This document shows, one piece after another, positions 50,995-63,578 of a stretch of 64,000 nt of DNA. Origin of the DNA: an uncultured delta proteobacterium (GTDB lineage Bacteria; Myxococcota; Myxococcia; Myxococcales; Myxococcaceae). The translations under genes were made by a program, and so were the position numbers. The stretch spans positions 64,001-128,000 of the forward strand of contig CAVYSY010000033.1 in assembly GCA_963771175.1 (NCBI GenBank), given 5' to 3'. Below the pieces are notes generated by a model. It made no database searches and had not been told where the DNA came from. It saw nothing but the letters and a program-made list of their open reading frames with translations. Within the stretch, counting starts at the first letter, position 1. Each line of letters starts with the position of its first letter.

Positions 50995-51534
50995 ATGTGG
51001 ACGCTCGTCTCGTTGTGGCTGGTGGCGCAGTTGCCGCCTGATGGCTCGGCGCAACTGAAGAAGGTGGACAGGCTGATGCCCGAGCTCCGGCGCATCGCGG
51101 CGGACCCGGCCGTGGTGCGCGAGGTGAAGCGGCAGAACGCGCAGCGCATCCGCCTGGACACCGTCCAGAAGCTGGACGCGGAGTGGAGCGCGACCCCGGC
51201 CCTCACCCCCCACAAGCGCAAGGTGCTGGGCAGCACGTGCACGCGTGCACTCGGCCGCGACCTCGAGCGCCTCGGACGGGTGGTGGCCGAGGCCTTCGTC
51301 ATGGACAACCAGGGCGCGCTCGTAGGCGCCACACGGCGTACCTCCGACTACTGGCAGGGCGACGAGGCCAAGTGGCGCGAGTCCTTCAAGGGAGGCCGGG
51401 GTGGGGAGCTGCGCGAGAAGCCCTTCTTCGACGAGTCCTCGCAGTCCTACGTCGTCCAGGTGTCCCTCCCAGTGAAGGACGGCGCCCGCGTCATCGGCGC
51501 CCTCACCGTGTCCGTCTCGCTGCTCGAGCTCTGA
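50995..51534 (+). CDS. Stand-alone exported Cache/PDC sensor-domain protein
   Basis: Short hydrophobic N-terminus; EAFVMDNQGALVG..SDYWQGDEAKW..FDES..VSLPVKDG.RVIGAL. Confidence 0.78.
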   Translation: MWTLVSLWLVAQLPPDGSAQLKKVDRLMPELRRIAADPAVVREVKRQNAQRIRLDTVQKLDAEWSATPALTPHKRKVLGSTCTRALGRDLERLGRVVAEAFVMDNQGALVGATRRTSDYWQGDEAKWRESFKGGRGGELREKPFFDESSQSYVVQVSLPVKDGARVIGALTVSVSLLEL

Positions 51535-51538
51535 AACC

Positions 51539-53440
51539 ATGAACCTCCCCTTCCTGGATGGCCTCAAGCTGCGGGGCCGCATCACCCTCTCCGTGGCCCT
51601 GCTGTCGGCCCTCTCCCTCCTGTCCCTCACGGCCCTGGGCCTGTCCTTCACCCGGCGCACGCTGTCGAGGCAGATCCACGCCACGCTCAAGGTGGAGGCC
51701 GAGGGCCTCAAGGACCTGGTGGAGCGGACCCTCGTCGAGCGCGAGGCGAGCGTGAAGAGCTGGTCCGAGGACGCCATCCTGCGCGGAGCGCTGCTCTTCG
51801 ACACGTACGACAAGAGCGACGCGGTGCTCGCGGGGCTGGCGAAGCGCCACCCCTCCATCAGCGGCTTCGTCCTCTTCGACGAGCAAGGTCGCGCCGTCTC
51901 CGCCAGCTCTCCAGCACTGCTCGAGACCTTCCGGGGCAAGGAGCGCGAGGTCCGCCAGACGACGTGGTACCTGGCGGCACGCGAGGATCGCTTCACCGCC
52001 GACTCGCTCTCCGCCGAGAAGGACCCCGCCTTCGGCCGAAGGGTGCTGCCGCTGGCGGCGCCGGTGCTGAGCCCGCTCAGTGGCGCCCGCATCGGCGTGC
52101 TGCTCGCCGCGTACGACTGGAGCCAGGTGGGCGACGTGGTGAAGGACGCGGTGCAGCGGGCCCACGAGCGCGCGCAGCGCAGCTTCGCCCTGGAGGTCCA
52201 CCGCGCGGACGGCACCCTCCTCTTCGACTCGCGCCCCGCCGATGCGCCGCCCATCACCCGGGCCGTGTCCGAGGAGGCCCTCAACGGCACGAAGCTGCGG
52301 GACGTGGGGGACGGCTGGCGCTTCGTGGCGAAGGTGGACGCGGCCGAGGCCTACGCCCCGGTGACACAGGCGGCCACGGGGGCGCTTCGGGCTGCTGGCC
52401 CTCTTCCTGGGACTGGCCGTGCTGGGCTCCTGGTGGCTGGCGCGGAGCATCTCCCGCCCCATCACCGCCCTGAGCGAGGCGGTGACGCACGTCGTTCAGG
52501 AGGGGGACTTCTCCCATCGCGTGGAGGTCACCAGCGGGGATGAGGTGGGCGATCTGGCCAGGGCCTTCACGCGGATGATGGAACATCTGCGCGAGAGCAC
52601 GCTCGGCATGCAGCAGGGCATGCGCCTGCTCACCGAGGCCATGTCCGAGCTGACCCAGGCGGCCGAGGTGCAGGAGCGCAACCTCTCGCGCCAGGCGGCC
52701 GCCATCCAGGAGACGCAGGTCACCGCGCAGGAGATCCAGCAGACGTCGCAGATGGCGGCGGATCGCTCCCAGTCCGTGATGGAGGTGGCCACCCGGGCCG
52801 AGGAGGTGGGCAGCGCGGGCGAGTTGAAGGTGGCCGCCACGTTCGAGGGCCTCAAGGAGCTGCACGCGAAGGTGGGCAAGCTGGCGAGCAACATCATCTC
52901 GCTCGGCGAGCGCACCCTGCAGATTGGCGACATCGCCCAGACGGTGAAGGACCTGGCGGACCAGTCGAACATGCTGGCGCTCAACGCGGCCATCGAGGCG
53001 GTGCGCTCGGGCGAGCACGGCAAGGGCTTCTCGCGTGGTGGCGCGGGAGATCCGCAGCCTGGCGGACCAGTCCATCGACTCCACCGAGCCGGGTGCGGGA
53101 AATCCTCGACGGCGTGCGTCAGTCCATCCAGTCCACGGTGGCGATGACGGAGAAGGGGCAGCGGCAGATGCAGGACGGGCTGGAGCAGGTGCGGGCCAGC
53201 GGCGAGAGCCTGCGGGAGCTGACGTCCATCATCCGGGACAACGCCGGAGCGGCGCGGCAGATTGCCGTCGCGGTGAACCAGCAGAACGCGGGCATCTCGC
53301 AGATCTTCACCGCGGTGACGGACCTGTCCGCGCTGATGGACGAGACGCTCCAGAGCCTCCAGGCCACCACCCGGGCCACGCGCACGCTGCGCGAGGCGGC
53401 CGAGCGCATGGAGACGGTGGCGCGCATCTACCGGGTGTAG
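51539..53440 (+). CDS. Methyl-accepting chemotaxis protein (TM-Cache-TM-HAMP-MA); about three frameshifts near 52380, 53030 and 53090
   Basis: [14 protein letters not shown]; hairpin tip [35 protein letters not shown]. Confidence 0.9.
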
Positions 53441-53444
53441 CGCC

Positions 53445-54179
53445 TCAGTCCTCCTTGAGGCGAGCGGTGGGCGGAGGCCCGGGCAGCGGAGGGAACTTGG
53501 GGTTGCGCTCGGGCTCGGAGGCCCGGACGTAGTGCGGCTCCAGCGCGAAGACCGCCTCCAGGGACTGCTCCTCGGGGAAGCGCACCAGGTGCGCCAGCGC
53601 CACCGCCGAGGGGAAGGTGGGCGCGTCCAGCAGCCGAGAGGGTGCCACGCCGTGGGACTCCAGCGCGGCGCGGTAGTCGGTCAGGGCGGGGCCCAGGGCG
53701 AGCGCCTCGGGCTCGGCGGCCATGCGCGCGGCCACCTCCTCGGGGCTCATCGCCTCCTCGGGCCCGAGCGCCTCCACGCGCTGGCCCATGCGCCGGTAGC
53801 GCCCGAGGTAGAGGTCGTCCTTGCGCGCCACCGCGAGCGCGAAGAGGGGCGGTCCCTCGGGACCCTCCAGGGCCACGGCCGCGAGTGACGAGGCCCCGGC
53901 CACCTTGAGGCCCGCCGCGTACGCCAGCCCCTTCACGCAGGACAGGCCGATGCGCAGGCCGGTGAAGGAGCCGGGACCCAGGCCAATGGCCAGCCCCTCC
54001 AGCGACTTCAGCGCCACCCCGTGCCGCGCGAGCAGCTCGCCGACGACGCCGGGCAGCGCCTCGCTCTGCTTGCGGGGCGGGGCCACCACCAGGTGCTCGA
54101 GGACGCGCACGCCCTCCCCTTCCCGCTCCACGAGGGCCAGGGACAGTGTGAGGGTGGAGGAGTCGAGCGCGAGGAACAT
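53445..54179 (-). CDS. tsaB: tRNA threonylcarbamoyladenosine biosynthesis protein TsaB
   Basis: LALDSST, GLGPGSFTGLRIG, LEPHYVR. Confidence 0.93.
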   Translation of the reverse strand: MFLALDSSTLTLSLALVEREGEGVRVLEHLVVAPPRKQSEALPGVVGELLARHGVALKSLEGLAIGLGPGSFTGLRIGLSCVKGLAYAAGLKVAGASSLAAVALEGPEGPPLFALAVARKDDLYLGRYRRMGQRVEALGPEEAMSPEEVAARMAAEPEALALGPALTDYRAALESHGVAPSRLLDAPTFPSAVALAHLVRFPEEQSLEAVFALEPHYVRASEPERNPKFPPLPGPPPTARLKED

Positions 54180-54188
54180 GCGAGCCTT

Positions 54189-54662
54189 CTACCCCGCCAG
54201 CGGGCCGAAGGGGATGAAGAGGAAGGAGGTCCGGTCCGCGCAGCGGTAGAGGCGCACCCGGGCGAGCCCCTTGTCCAGCATGTCGAGCTGCTTCGCCGCG
54301 GCGAGCGACACGTCCACCACCCGGCCCTGGACGAAGGGCCCCCGGTCGTTGACGCGCACCTCCACCGAGCGCCCGTTCTCCATGTTCACCACCCGGAGGC
54401 AGGTGCCGAAGGGCTGCTTCTTGTGGGCGGCGGTGAGCTTCTTGGGATCGAACTTCTCGCCGCTGGCGGTGGGCCGGCCGGCCAGACCCGGGCCGTAGTA
54501 CGAGGCGAGCCCCTCCTCCAGGTACGCACGCGGCGGGGCCGGTTTCTCCTTCTCCGGCCGAGCCACCTCCCGGTCCTCGGCGGGAGTCGGCCGGGTGGCA
54601 CGCGGTGCACAGCCCGCCAACAGCCCCAGCCCCACTGTCACGCCCACGAGCAGCCGCCGCAT
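54189..54662 (-). CDS. rlpA: RlpA family (double-psi beta-barrel) lipoprotein
   Basis: Lipobox LAGC; GLASYYG..TASGE..TAAHK..VRVNDRGPF..DVS. Confidence 0.9.
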   Translation of the reverse strand: MRRLLVGVTVGLGLLAGCAPRATRPTPAEDREVARPEKEKPAPPRAYLEEGLASYYGPGLAGRPTASGEKFDPKKLTAAHKKQPFGTCLRVVNMENGRSVEVRVNDRGPFVQGRVVDVSLAAAKQLDMLDKGLARVRLYRCADRTSFLFIPFGPLAG

Positions 54663-54669
54663 CGCACCT

Positions 54670-56308
54670 CTAGCGGGTGATGTCGTTGAAGAGAGCCATC
54701 CCCATCAGCGCGAAGATGAGGATCAAACCCACCACGTTCGCCACCTCGCGTACCCGCAGGGAGATGGGACGGCGGCGGATGCCCTCCCAGAAGGCCGCCA
54801 GCAGGCCGAAGCCGTCGAGGATGGGGATGGGCAGCAGGTTCATCACCCCCAGGTTGATGGAGATGACCGCCATCAGGTTGAGGAAGTAGTCCAACCCCAG
54901 CTCCGCGCTCCTGGAGGCGAGCTGGTAGATCATCACCGGTCCGCCCAGCGTCTTCGTGGACACCTGCTGGGTAAGCAATCCCCCCAGGATCTTCACCGTC
55001 TGCCCGACGATCTTCGGGACGATGGTGAAGGACTCGCGCAGCGCCTCCAGGGGGCCGAGCTCCACCGTCACCTTGTCCACGGGCAGCAGCTCCGCCGAGG
55101 AGGGCATCCAGGGCGCCACGCCCAGCATGAGCGAGGAGGACTCCTGGCCCATCTCCACCTGGGTGGTGATCATGGCCTGGGCGAGTGTCTGGGAGTGCTC
55201 CTGCCCGTCCCGCGCCGAGCGCCAGGAGAGCTGGAAGGGCTGGTCCTTCAGCTTGCTGAGCTCGCCCATCAGCACGTTGAAGGAGCGCAGCGGCTGGCCC
55301 TGGAAGCCGATGAGCTTGTCCCCGGCGCGGATGCCGGCCTTGTCCGCCGCGCTGTTGGGGAGGACGGACACCACGTACATGTCCGAGGGCTCCGCCCCCA
55401 GGGCCGAGAAGCCGTCGCCGCCCGCGAGCTTCCGCACCGTCAGCTTCTCGATGGAGGGCACCCTGCCCCGCCACCGCACCGGCCTCCACCGGCTGCGAGC
55501 GCTGGACGATGACCTCCAGCGGCCCCTCCGGCAGCTTCGCCATCTCCTCGTGGAGGGCGGCCTCGTCGGGGATGTTCACCCCGTTGAGGGACAGGATGCG
55601 ATCGAAGCTCTTCAGGCCGGCCTGCTCGGCGGGCGAACCCGGCGCCACGCCTACCACCGCGGGCTTGCGCACGGGCTGGATGCCAATCTGCCCCCGCTCC
55701 ACCGAGTCCACCTGACTGGTCTCGACGATCTTCCGCGGCGTCACCTCGGCGATGCGCTGCTTGCCGTCACGCTCGACGGTGAGGGGGATGGGGCGCTCGA
55801 AGCGGCCGACGAAGGCCTCGCGCAGCTCCTCGAAGGTCTGCACCTTCTCCCCATCCACGGCGATGATGCGGTCTCCCGGGCGGATGCCAGCGGCGGCCGC
55901 GGGCATCTCCGGATCCACGTAGCCCACCCGGGTGGAGGTGGCCTCGTACGACCCCAGGAAGACGAAGAAGTAGATGAGGATGGGGAAGGCCAGGCTGAAG
56001 AACGGCCCGGCCCCCACGATGAGGGCCCGCTTCCAAGGCGTGGCGTTGAGGAAACCCCGCTGGGACTCCTCGGGGCTCAGCTCCTCATAGGGCGAGTCCC
56101 CGGCCATCTTCACGTAGCCGCCCAGGGGCAGCAGGGCCACCTGGTACTCCGTGTCCCCCTTGGTGAAGCCGAACAGCTTCGGTCCGAAGCCAATGGAGAA
56201 GCGGACGACCTTCACCCCGCAGGCCTTGGCCACGAGGAAATGGCCCAGCTCGTGGACGGTGATGAGGACGCCGAGCAGGATGACGAACAGACCGAGGCCT
56301 TGAAACAT
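54670..56308 (-). CDS. rseP: RIP metalloprotease RseP with multiple PDZ domains; frameshift near 55465
   Basis: HELGHF, FSIGFGP, LGGYVKM, NLLPIPILDG; synteny with uppS-cdsA. Confidence 0.92.
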
Positions 56309-56390
56309 GGTGCCAACACTAACCGTGGGGCCCATGTCCGACAATGCGCTTCGGGGCCCGTGGTCCGGGCGACCGGACAATCGGCGGTCG

Positions 56391-57214
<824 letters not shown>

Positions 57215-57218
<4 letters not shown>

Positions 57219-58012
57219 GCCTTGGCCCGCTGGGAGTCCTCCCGCATCAACTGCGCGGAAGTGAGGCCGAAACGTCGCTCGCGGTGCTGGTACTGCGCCA
57301 GGCAGCGAAGGAAGGCTTCGGTCCGGAAGTCCGGCCAGAGGACGTCGCTGAAACACAACTCCGCGTACGCCGTCTGCCAGAGGAGGAAGTTGGAGATGCG
57401 CTGCTCTCCGCTAGACCGCACCACCAGGTCCAGCGGGGGAAGGTCATGCGTCCAGAGGAAGGACTCGAAGCCCTTGGTGTCCAGTTGCGCGGGCGTCAAT
57501 TCGCCCTTGCTGACGGCCTCGGCCACCCGGCGCGCTGCCTGCACCATCTCCTCGCGCCCGCCGTAGGAGAGCGCCAGCGTCAGCACCATCCCCTTGTTGT
57601 TCGCCGAGTCCGCCCGGAGCCTGTCCAGCGGCTCCTTCACGAAGCGCGGCAGCTTCTCCACCTCGCCGATGGCGTTGAGCCGGATGCCGTTCTCCAGGAT
57701 CTCGGCGCGCTCGCTCTCGAGGTACTCGCGCAGCAGATCCATCAGCGCGGCCACCTCCTCGGCGGGACGGGACCAGTTCTGCGAGGAGAAGGCATAGAGG
57801 GTGAGGGCCTCCACTCCCACGCGCCGGGCGCAGCGAGTCACCTCGCGCACACTGGCGGAGCCCTCGCGATGACCCTCCTCGCGGGGCAGGCCACGCATCT
57901 CGGCCCACCGGCCGTTGCCATCCATGATGATACCCACGTGGCGTGGCAGGGGCCGTTCCTGGACGAGTCGCTCGAGGGCCGCGACAGAAGGAGGTGACGC
58001 AGGGCGTTCCAT
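57215..58012 (-). CDS. uppS: Undecaprenyl diphosphate synthase
   Basis: HVGIIMDGNGRWA, YAFSSQNWSR, SYGGR, RSSGEQRISNFLLWQ. Confidence 0.96.
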
Positions 58013-58262
58013 GAGGCTGCGCAAGATAGAGGCACCACCGTGCCGCGTCCACGGGCGCGTGCAGGAGCGGTCGCCCCGGCGCCCCGAGCGGTCGCCACCC
58101 CGGGAGGAACGGCTCTCTCCGTGGGAGACCCGCTTCCCCACGCGGAGGCCACCTCAGGACAGCCACCCGCCCGCCCGGGACTGGCAGTGCGTGTCAGACC
58201 TACCCCGTCCCCAACTACCCAATGCCATGAGGAGGAAGAATAGGAGCGGGCCCCGCTCCGCA

Positions 58263-60031
58263 TCAGTCCTCGAGCAGGTTGTACTTGAACTGGTTGGACC
58301 GGCCGGCCTTCACCTCGACGGAGCGGGTGACGTCCTTGCCGAGCTCCTTATTGATGAGCTGCACGGTGTGGGAGCCGACCGTGACCTCGATGGGCGCCAG
58401 GGGCGTCTGACCGAGCGACTTCCCATCGAGCAGCACGGTGGCGTAAGGCCGGATGCGGAACTCCAGCACGGCCTTCTGGGCGGACCTGGGCTTCTGCACC
58501 CCGGTCTTCCCCCCCGGCGGGCGCGGGGACGGCTTCGGCGGCTGCGCGGCGGCGACGGGCTCCTTCGTGCCAGAGTCGGGCGCGTCCCCCTCCAGCGGCG
58601 TCCCGGGGAGCGCGGTCCCCGAGTCCTCCGTCCCCGGAGGCGTGGCGGCGGGCTGTACGCCCAGCGGCGGGGTCTCCACCGTCGGCTGGGGCGTCGACTT
58701 GATAATGATGGGCGCGGGAGGCGCCTGCGGCACGGAGTTGCTCCGGACGTAGACGACAGCCCCCGCCACGGCGAACAGCGAGACCCCGGCCAGGCCCGCC
58801 ACCAGGCCGGTGCGGCGCCTGGGCATGGCCTTGGCGAGGTCTTCCGCCTCGGTGCCCACCGCGGTCGCGGCGGGCCTGCCGCTGGAGGAGATGAGCGTGG
58901 GCGGCGCCGGCTCCGACGCGCTCGTATCGACCTCCGCCTCGGCGACACGCGTCGCGTTGTCCGCGCGCCCCTCAGCGGGCACCCGCGTCCCACCGCTCGA
59001 GCGGCTCGACGGGGCGGCGCCAGGCTCGGAGCCGTTGTTGGAGCGCATACCACTGCCGGTACCGGGCCGGCTCTTGGGGCCGCTGCCGGAGCCGGGCATG
59101 GACACATGCCCGCCCCCCTCGCCAGACACCTTGGCCACGAGCTGCGAGAGCTGGTAGGCGCCCACCGGCTCGCCGGTGGAGAGGATGAAGTGCTCCAGGT
59201 CCGCCTGGAAGGCGCGGCAGTCCGGGTAGCGGTGCTCGCGCTCCTTGGCCAGCGCTCGCTCGAGAATCTGCACCAGGGGCCCGGGCAGGTCCGACCGGCG
59301 CGACGCCGCGGGCACGAGCGGCTCGAACAGGATGGCCTGCATCATGCTCACGTCGGTGGTGGCGTCGAAGGGCTTCTGGCCGGTGAGCAGCTCGTAGAGC
59401 ACCACGCCCAGCGCGTAGACGTCCACGCGCCGATCGAGCGGCCGGGCCTGGAGCTGCTCCGGCGGCATGTAGGCGATCTTCCCCTTGATGAGGCCCGTCT
59501 GCGTCTTGTGGCTCTGGTTGGCGACCTTGGCGATGCCGAAGTCCACCACCTTCACCGCGCCCTGCCGCGACACCAGGATGTTGTCGGGGCTGATGTCGCG
59601 GTGGATGAGGCCCAGCGGCTCCCCGGTGTCCGGGTCCACGAAGTCGTGGGCGTAGGCCAGGCCCTCGCACGCCGAGGCGATGATTTTGGCGCAGGCGGCG
59701 GGCGGCAGCTCCACTCCCGCGCTGCGCGCCTTCTGGACAGGGTGCGCAGGTTGGGCCCGTCGATGTACTCCATCGCCAGGAAGTAGGCGCCCTCGGCCTC
59801 ACCGAAGTCGAAGATCTGCACGATGTTCGGGTGGTTGAGCTGCGCGGCCAGCCGCGCCTCGTCGAGGAACATCTCCACGAACTGCGGGTCCTCGGCCAGG
59901 TGCGGGAGGATGCGCTTGAGCACGAGGGTCTTTTCGAACCCCATGGGCCCGGCGGCCTTGGCGAGGTACACCTCGGCCATGCCTCCGGTGGCGAGCTTGT
60001 TGACGAGCTGGTACTTGCCGAGGTGACTCAA
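58263..60031 (-). CDS. Membrane Ser/Thr protein kinase with C-terminal PEGA-like domain; frameshift near 59730; start uncertain
   Basis: [38 protein letters not shown] helix; IRPYATV..GQTPL. Confidence 0.88.
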
Positions 60032-60159
60032 GGACAGGTTCCTCCAGGTAGGCTGGGGACTCGGGCGCGCATCATAGCGGGGGCGGGCCATCCGACGCCT
60101 GCATCCCTCCGAAGGGAGTTTGACCCCGACGCGACAGGGTATCTAGGATCTCTGACTTG

Positions 60160-61308
60160 ATGCGTCCCAAGGTCATCGGTCCCTATCGCGTCCTCGAGAC
60201 GCTTGGAAGTGGCGGCATTGGGACCGTGTATCGGGCCCTTGACTCCCGGACCAACGATTCAGTGGCCCTGAAGCTGCTCTCCGGCGGTCCGGCGATGGAT
60301 TCTCGGGCCGCCAAGCGGCTGGTGCGCGAGTTCGACACCCTCGTGGACCTGTCCCATCCCAACGTGGTGAAGGTGTACGACACGGGCGTCTACCTGAGCT
60401 CGCCCTACCTCGTCATGGAGCTCATCGAGGGGCTGACGCTGCGCGACTACCTGTCGCTCAAGGGCGGGGACATGCACTCGCCCGCCAGCTCGTCCTCGGC
60501 CTCGGGGCGGTTCCGGCGCTCCGGGCTGGCGTCCTCGGAGGAGGCGGCCTCGGGGTCTGGCGAGGGGGACTCCCAGCTCTTCGACCTGTCGGCCTTCGCC
60601 GAGGAGGCGCCGAGCGAGGAGATGGCGTCGATGCGCTTCGGGACGTCCGGCTCGGCGGCGGTGCTGCCGGTGCCGATGGACCCGTGGCTGGGCTCGGACT
60701 CGGACGAGCTGGATCCGCAGGACTTCGAGCTGCCGTACGACGTGGCGGGGCCCGGGGCGGAGCCGGTGAAGCGGGAGACGGCGGCGCGGCTGGAGGAGCT
60801 GAACCGGCCCGAGCGGGTGTGTCGGTTGAAGGACACCCTGCTGCAGGTATGCGACGCGCTGGCCTACATCCACGCGCACGGGCTGGTGCACCGGGACTTG
60901 AAGCCCTCCAACATCATGGTGGACGAGGACCGTCAGGTGCGGCTGATGGACTTCGGCCTGGCGAAGTTCCTGGCGGACGACGCGGGAGTGACGCTGGACG
61001 GGCGCATGGTGGGGACGTTCCGCTACATGTCGCCGGAGCAGATTCTCGGGGAGCCCTTGGACGGACGGGCGGACCTGTACTGCCTGGGGGTCATCCTCTA
61101 CGAGTTGATGAGTGGTCGCCCACCTTTTGATGCGAAGTCCCCGGTGGACTTGTGGCACAAGGTGCTGGAAACCGAGCCACCGCCCCTGCTGGCCATCAAC
61201 CAGAGGGGGGATCCGCAGTTGGCCCGGGTGGCCCATCGCCTCATCCGAAAGGAGCCGGACGACCGGTTCCAGACGGCCGAGGAAGTGTACGAGGCACTCT
61301 CCGAGTGA
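60160..61308 (+). CDS. Cytoplasmic Ser/Thr protein kinase with a large acidic insert
   Basis: [32 protein letters not shown]; no TM segment. Confidence 0.92.
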   Translation: MRPKVIGPYRVLETLGSGGIGTVYRALDSRTNDSVALKLLSGGPAMDSRAAKRLVREFDTLVDLSHPNVVKVYDTGVYLSSPYLVMELIEGLTLRDYLSLKGGDMHSPASSSSASGRFRRSGLASSEEAASGSGEGDSQLFDLSAFAEEAPSEEMASMRFGTSGSAAVLPVPMDPWLGSDSDELDPQDFELPYDVAGPGAEPVKRETAARLEELNRPERVCRLKDTLLQVCDALAYIHAHGLVHRDLKPSNIMVDEDRQVRLMDFGLAKFLADDAGVTLDGRMVGTFRYMSPEQILGEPLDGRADLYCLGVILYELMSGRPPFDAKSPVDLWHKVLETEPPPLLAINQRGDPQLARVAHRLIRKEPDDRFQTAEEVYEALSE

Positions 61309-62261
61309 ACACGACCGGGACGACGACGACGCACACGCTGCAGGTGGAGGAGGGGAAGGCGGGACAGCGGGTGGACCTCTTCATTGGAGAGGCGCTGGGG
61401 CTGTCGCGAGCGAGGCTGAAGAAGCTCTTCGATTCGGGCGCGGTGAAGGTGGACGGCCGGGCGGCGAAGAAGGGCCTGCTGGTGGCGGTGGGGCAGCGGA
61501 TTACGGTGGTGGTACCGGAGGAGCGGCGCGAGGTCGTGCCGGAGCCGGAGGCGCCCCTGGTGGTGCTGCACGAGGACGAGACGCTGGTGTTCGTGGACAA
61601 GCCCGCGGGCCGGCCCTCGCACCCGCTGCAACCGGGAGAGACGGGGACGGTGGCGAACGCGCTGCTGGCGCGCTACCCCGAGTGCGCCCAGGCCTCGGAG
61701 GACGAGCGCGAGGGCGGGCTGTGCCACCGGCTGGACATCGAGACGTCCGGGGTGATGGCGGCGGCGCGCACGCGCGAGGCTTGGACGGCGGTGCGCGAGG
61801 CGTTCGGCAGTCGCGAGGTGGACAAGCGCTACTGGGCGCTGGTGACGGGGCCCCTGGCGGACGAGGGAGAGATCGATCTGCCGCTGCGCCACCACCCGAG
61901 GCACCCGGACCGGGTGGAGCCCGCGCTGGACGGAGGCGAGGGAGCGCGGGAGGCACTCTCGGAGTTCCGGGTGCTGGAGCGCTCGGGGGAGTACAGCCTG
62001 GTGGAGGTGCGCATCCACACCGGGGTGCTGCACCAGGTGCGCGCACACCTGGCGGCGGTAGGAGCGCCGCTGGTGGGAGACACGCTGTACGGGGGACGCG
62101 AGGAGCCGGGCCTGGGCCGCTTCTTCCTGCACGCGAAGGCGCTGGGCCTGACGCACCCGGTGACGAAGCAGCGGCTGCACGTGGAGAGCCCCCTGCCCCG
62201 GGAGCTACTCGAGGTGCTCGAGCGCCATGCCCTCCCCGTCCCCGCGGGGGCTACTCGCTGA
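61305..62261 (+). CDS. RluA family pseudouridine synthase with S4 domain
   Basis: GTGA overlap; [44 protein letters not shown]. Confidence 0.93.
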   Translation: MNTTGTTTTHTLQVEEGKAGQRVDLFIGEALGLSRARLKKLFDSGAVKVDGRAAKKGLLVAVGQRITVVVPEERREVVPEPEAPLVVLHEDETLVFVDKPAGRPSHPLQPGETGTVANALLARYPECAQASEDEREGGLCHRLDIETSGVMAAARTREAWTAVREAFGSREVDKRYWALVTGPLADEGEIDLPLRHHPRHPDRVEPALDGGEGAREALSEFRVLERSGEYSLVEVRIHTGVLHQVRAHLAAVGAPLVGDTLYGGREEPGLGRFFLHAKALGLTHPVTKQRLHVESPLPRELLEVLERHALPVPAGATR

Positions 62262-62301
62262 GGAGTGAGCGTCAGAGGAGTCCACTACAGTGATTCCAGC
62301 G

Positions 62302-63516
62302 ATGCGGGCCATCATCCACGTGGACATGGACGCCTTCTATGCGTCCGTCGAGCAGCGGGACAACCCGGAGCTGCGGGGCAAGCCGTTGATTGTCGGCGGG
62401 GATGCAAGGCGCGGCGTGGTGGTCGCGGCGTCCTACGAGGTGCGCAAGTACGGTGTGCGGAGCGCCATGCCGATGGCGCGGGCCATCAAGCAGGCACCCC
62501 ACGCGGTGGTGGTGAAGCCACGCTTCAGCGCGTACAGCGAGGCGAGCGAGCAGGTGTTCTCCATCTTCGAGCGGTACACGCCGCTGATCGAGCCCCTGTC
62601 CCTGGACGAGGCCTTCCTGGACGTGACGGCCTCGGTGGGGCTGTTCGGGACGCCGGCGGACATCGCCCGGAGGATCCGCAAGGAGATCGCCTCGGAGACG
62701 GGCCTGCCGTCGTCGGCGGGGATCGCCTCGGTGAAGTTCGTGGCGAAGATCGCCTCGGACGTGGCGAAGCCGAACGGCCAGCGCGAGGTGCGCGCGGAGG
62801 AGACGGTGGCGTTCCTCGCGGGGCTGCCCGTGGGGCGGCTGTGGGGCGTGGGGCCGAAGACCGAGGAGGCACTGAAGAACGCGGGGGTGGTGACGATCGG
62901 CGACGTGGCGAGGAAGGACGCGGCGTGGATGGAGGCGCGCTGGGGCGCGAGCGGACGTCACCTGTGGGAGCTGGCGCAAGGCATCGACCCGCGCGAGGTG
63001 GTGCCGGACCGCGAGGCCAAGAGCGTGGGGGCCGAGGACACGTTCGACGAGGACCTGACGGGGCTGGAGGCGCTGAGCCCGCATGTGCATGCCCAGGCGC
63101 TCCGGGTGGGCCGCCGGCTCCGGAAGGCCGGGGTGAAGGGCCGGGTGGTGCAGCTCAAGTTGAAGTTCTCGGACTTCACGCTCATCACCCGGAGGCTCAC
63201 CCTGCCCTCGCCGACGGATGACGGACAGACCCTCTACCGGGTGGCGCGGGAGATGCTGGAGAAGGCCCACGAGGACAAGCCCATCCGGCTGACGGGAGTC
63301 TCCATGCAGGAGCTGGGTACGGAGAGCGCCGGGGCGCGACAGCTCGGGCTGTTCACGGAGCCGGAGAAGCCGAAGCGGAGCGACAAGCTGAACGCGGCGC
63401 TGGACCGGATCGCCGAGCGCTTCGGCTCGAAGGCGGTGATGACGGCGGACATCGCGGGAAGCGACGAAGCCGAGCCGGAACCCGAGCGCCCCAAGAAGCC
63501 CAAGCGCCCCAACTGA
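62302..63516 (+). CDS. dinB: DNA polymerase IV
   Basis: IIHVDMDAFYASVE, ASYEVRKYGV.SAMP, SLDEAFLD, AKIASD..KPNG, QLGLF clamp motif. Confidence 0.96.
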   Translation: MRAIIHVDMDAFYASVEQRDNPELRGKPLIVGGDARRGVVVAASYEVRKYGVRSAMPMARAIKQAPHAVVVKPRFSAYSEASEQVFSIFERYTPLIEPLSLDEAFLDVTASVGLFGTPADIARRIRKEIASETGLPSSAGIASVKFVAKIASDVAKPNGQREVRAEETVAFLAGLPVGRLWGVGPKTEEALKNAGVVTIGDVARKDAAWMEARWGASGRHLWELAQGIDPREVVPDREAKSVGAEDTFDEDLTGLEALSPHVHAQALRVGRRLRKAGVKGRVVQLKLKFSDFTLITRRLTLPSPTDDGQTLYRVAREMLEKAHEDKPIRLTGVSMQELGTESAGARQLGLFTEPEKPKRSDKLNAALDRIAERFGSKAVMTADIAGSDEAEPEPERPKKPKRPN

Positions 63517-63542
63517 GGCTTCGCGCGCGAACGTCCCGACTG

Positions 63543-63573
63543 AACCCGCGCCCCCGGAGAGAGGGCACGGGTT
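63543..63573. terminator. Hairpin between convergent genes
   Basis: AACCCGCGCCC..GGGCACGGGTT. Confidence 0.4.
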
Positions 63574-63578
63574 GCGGG

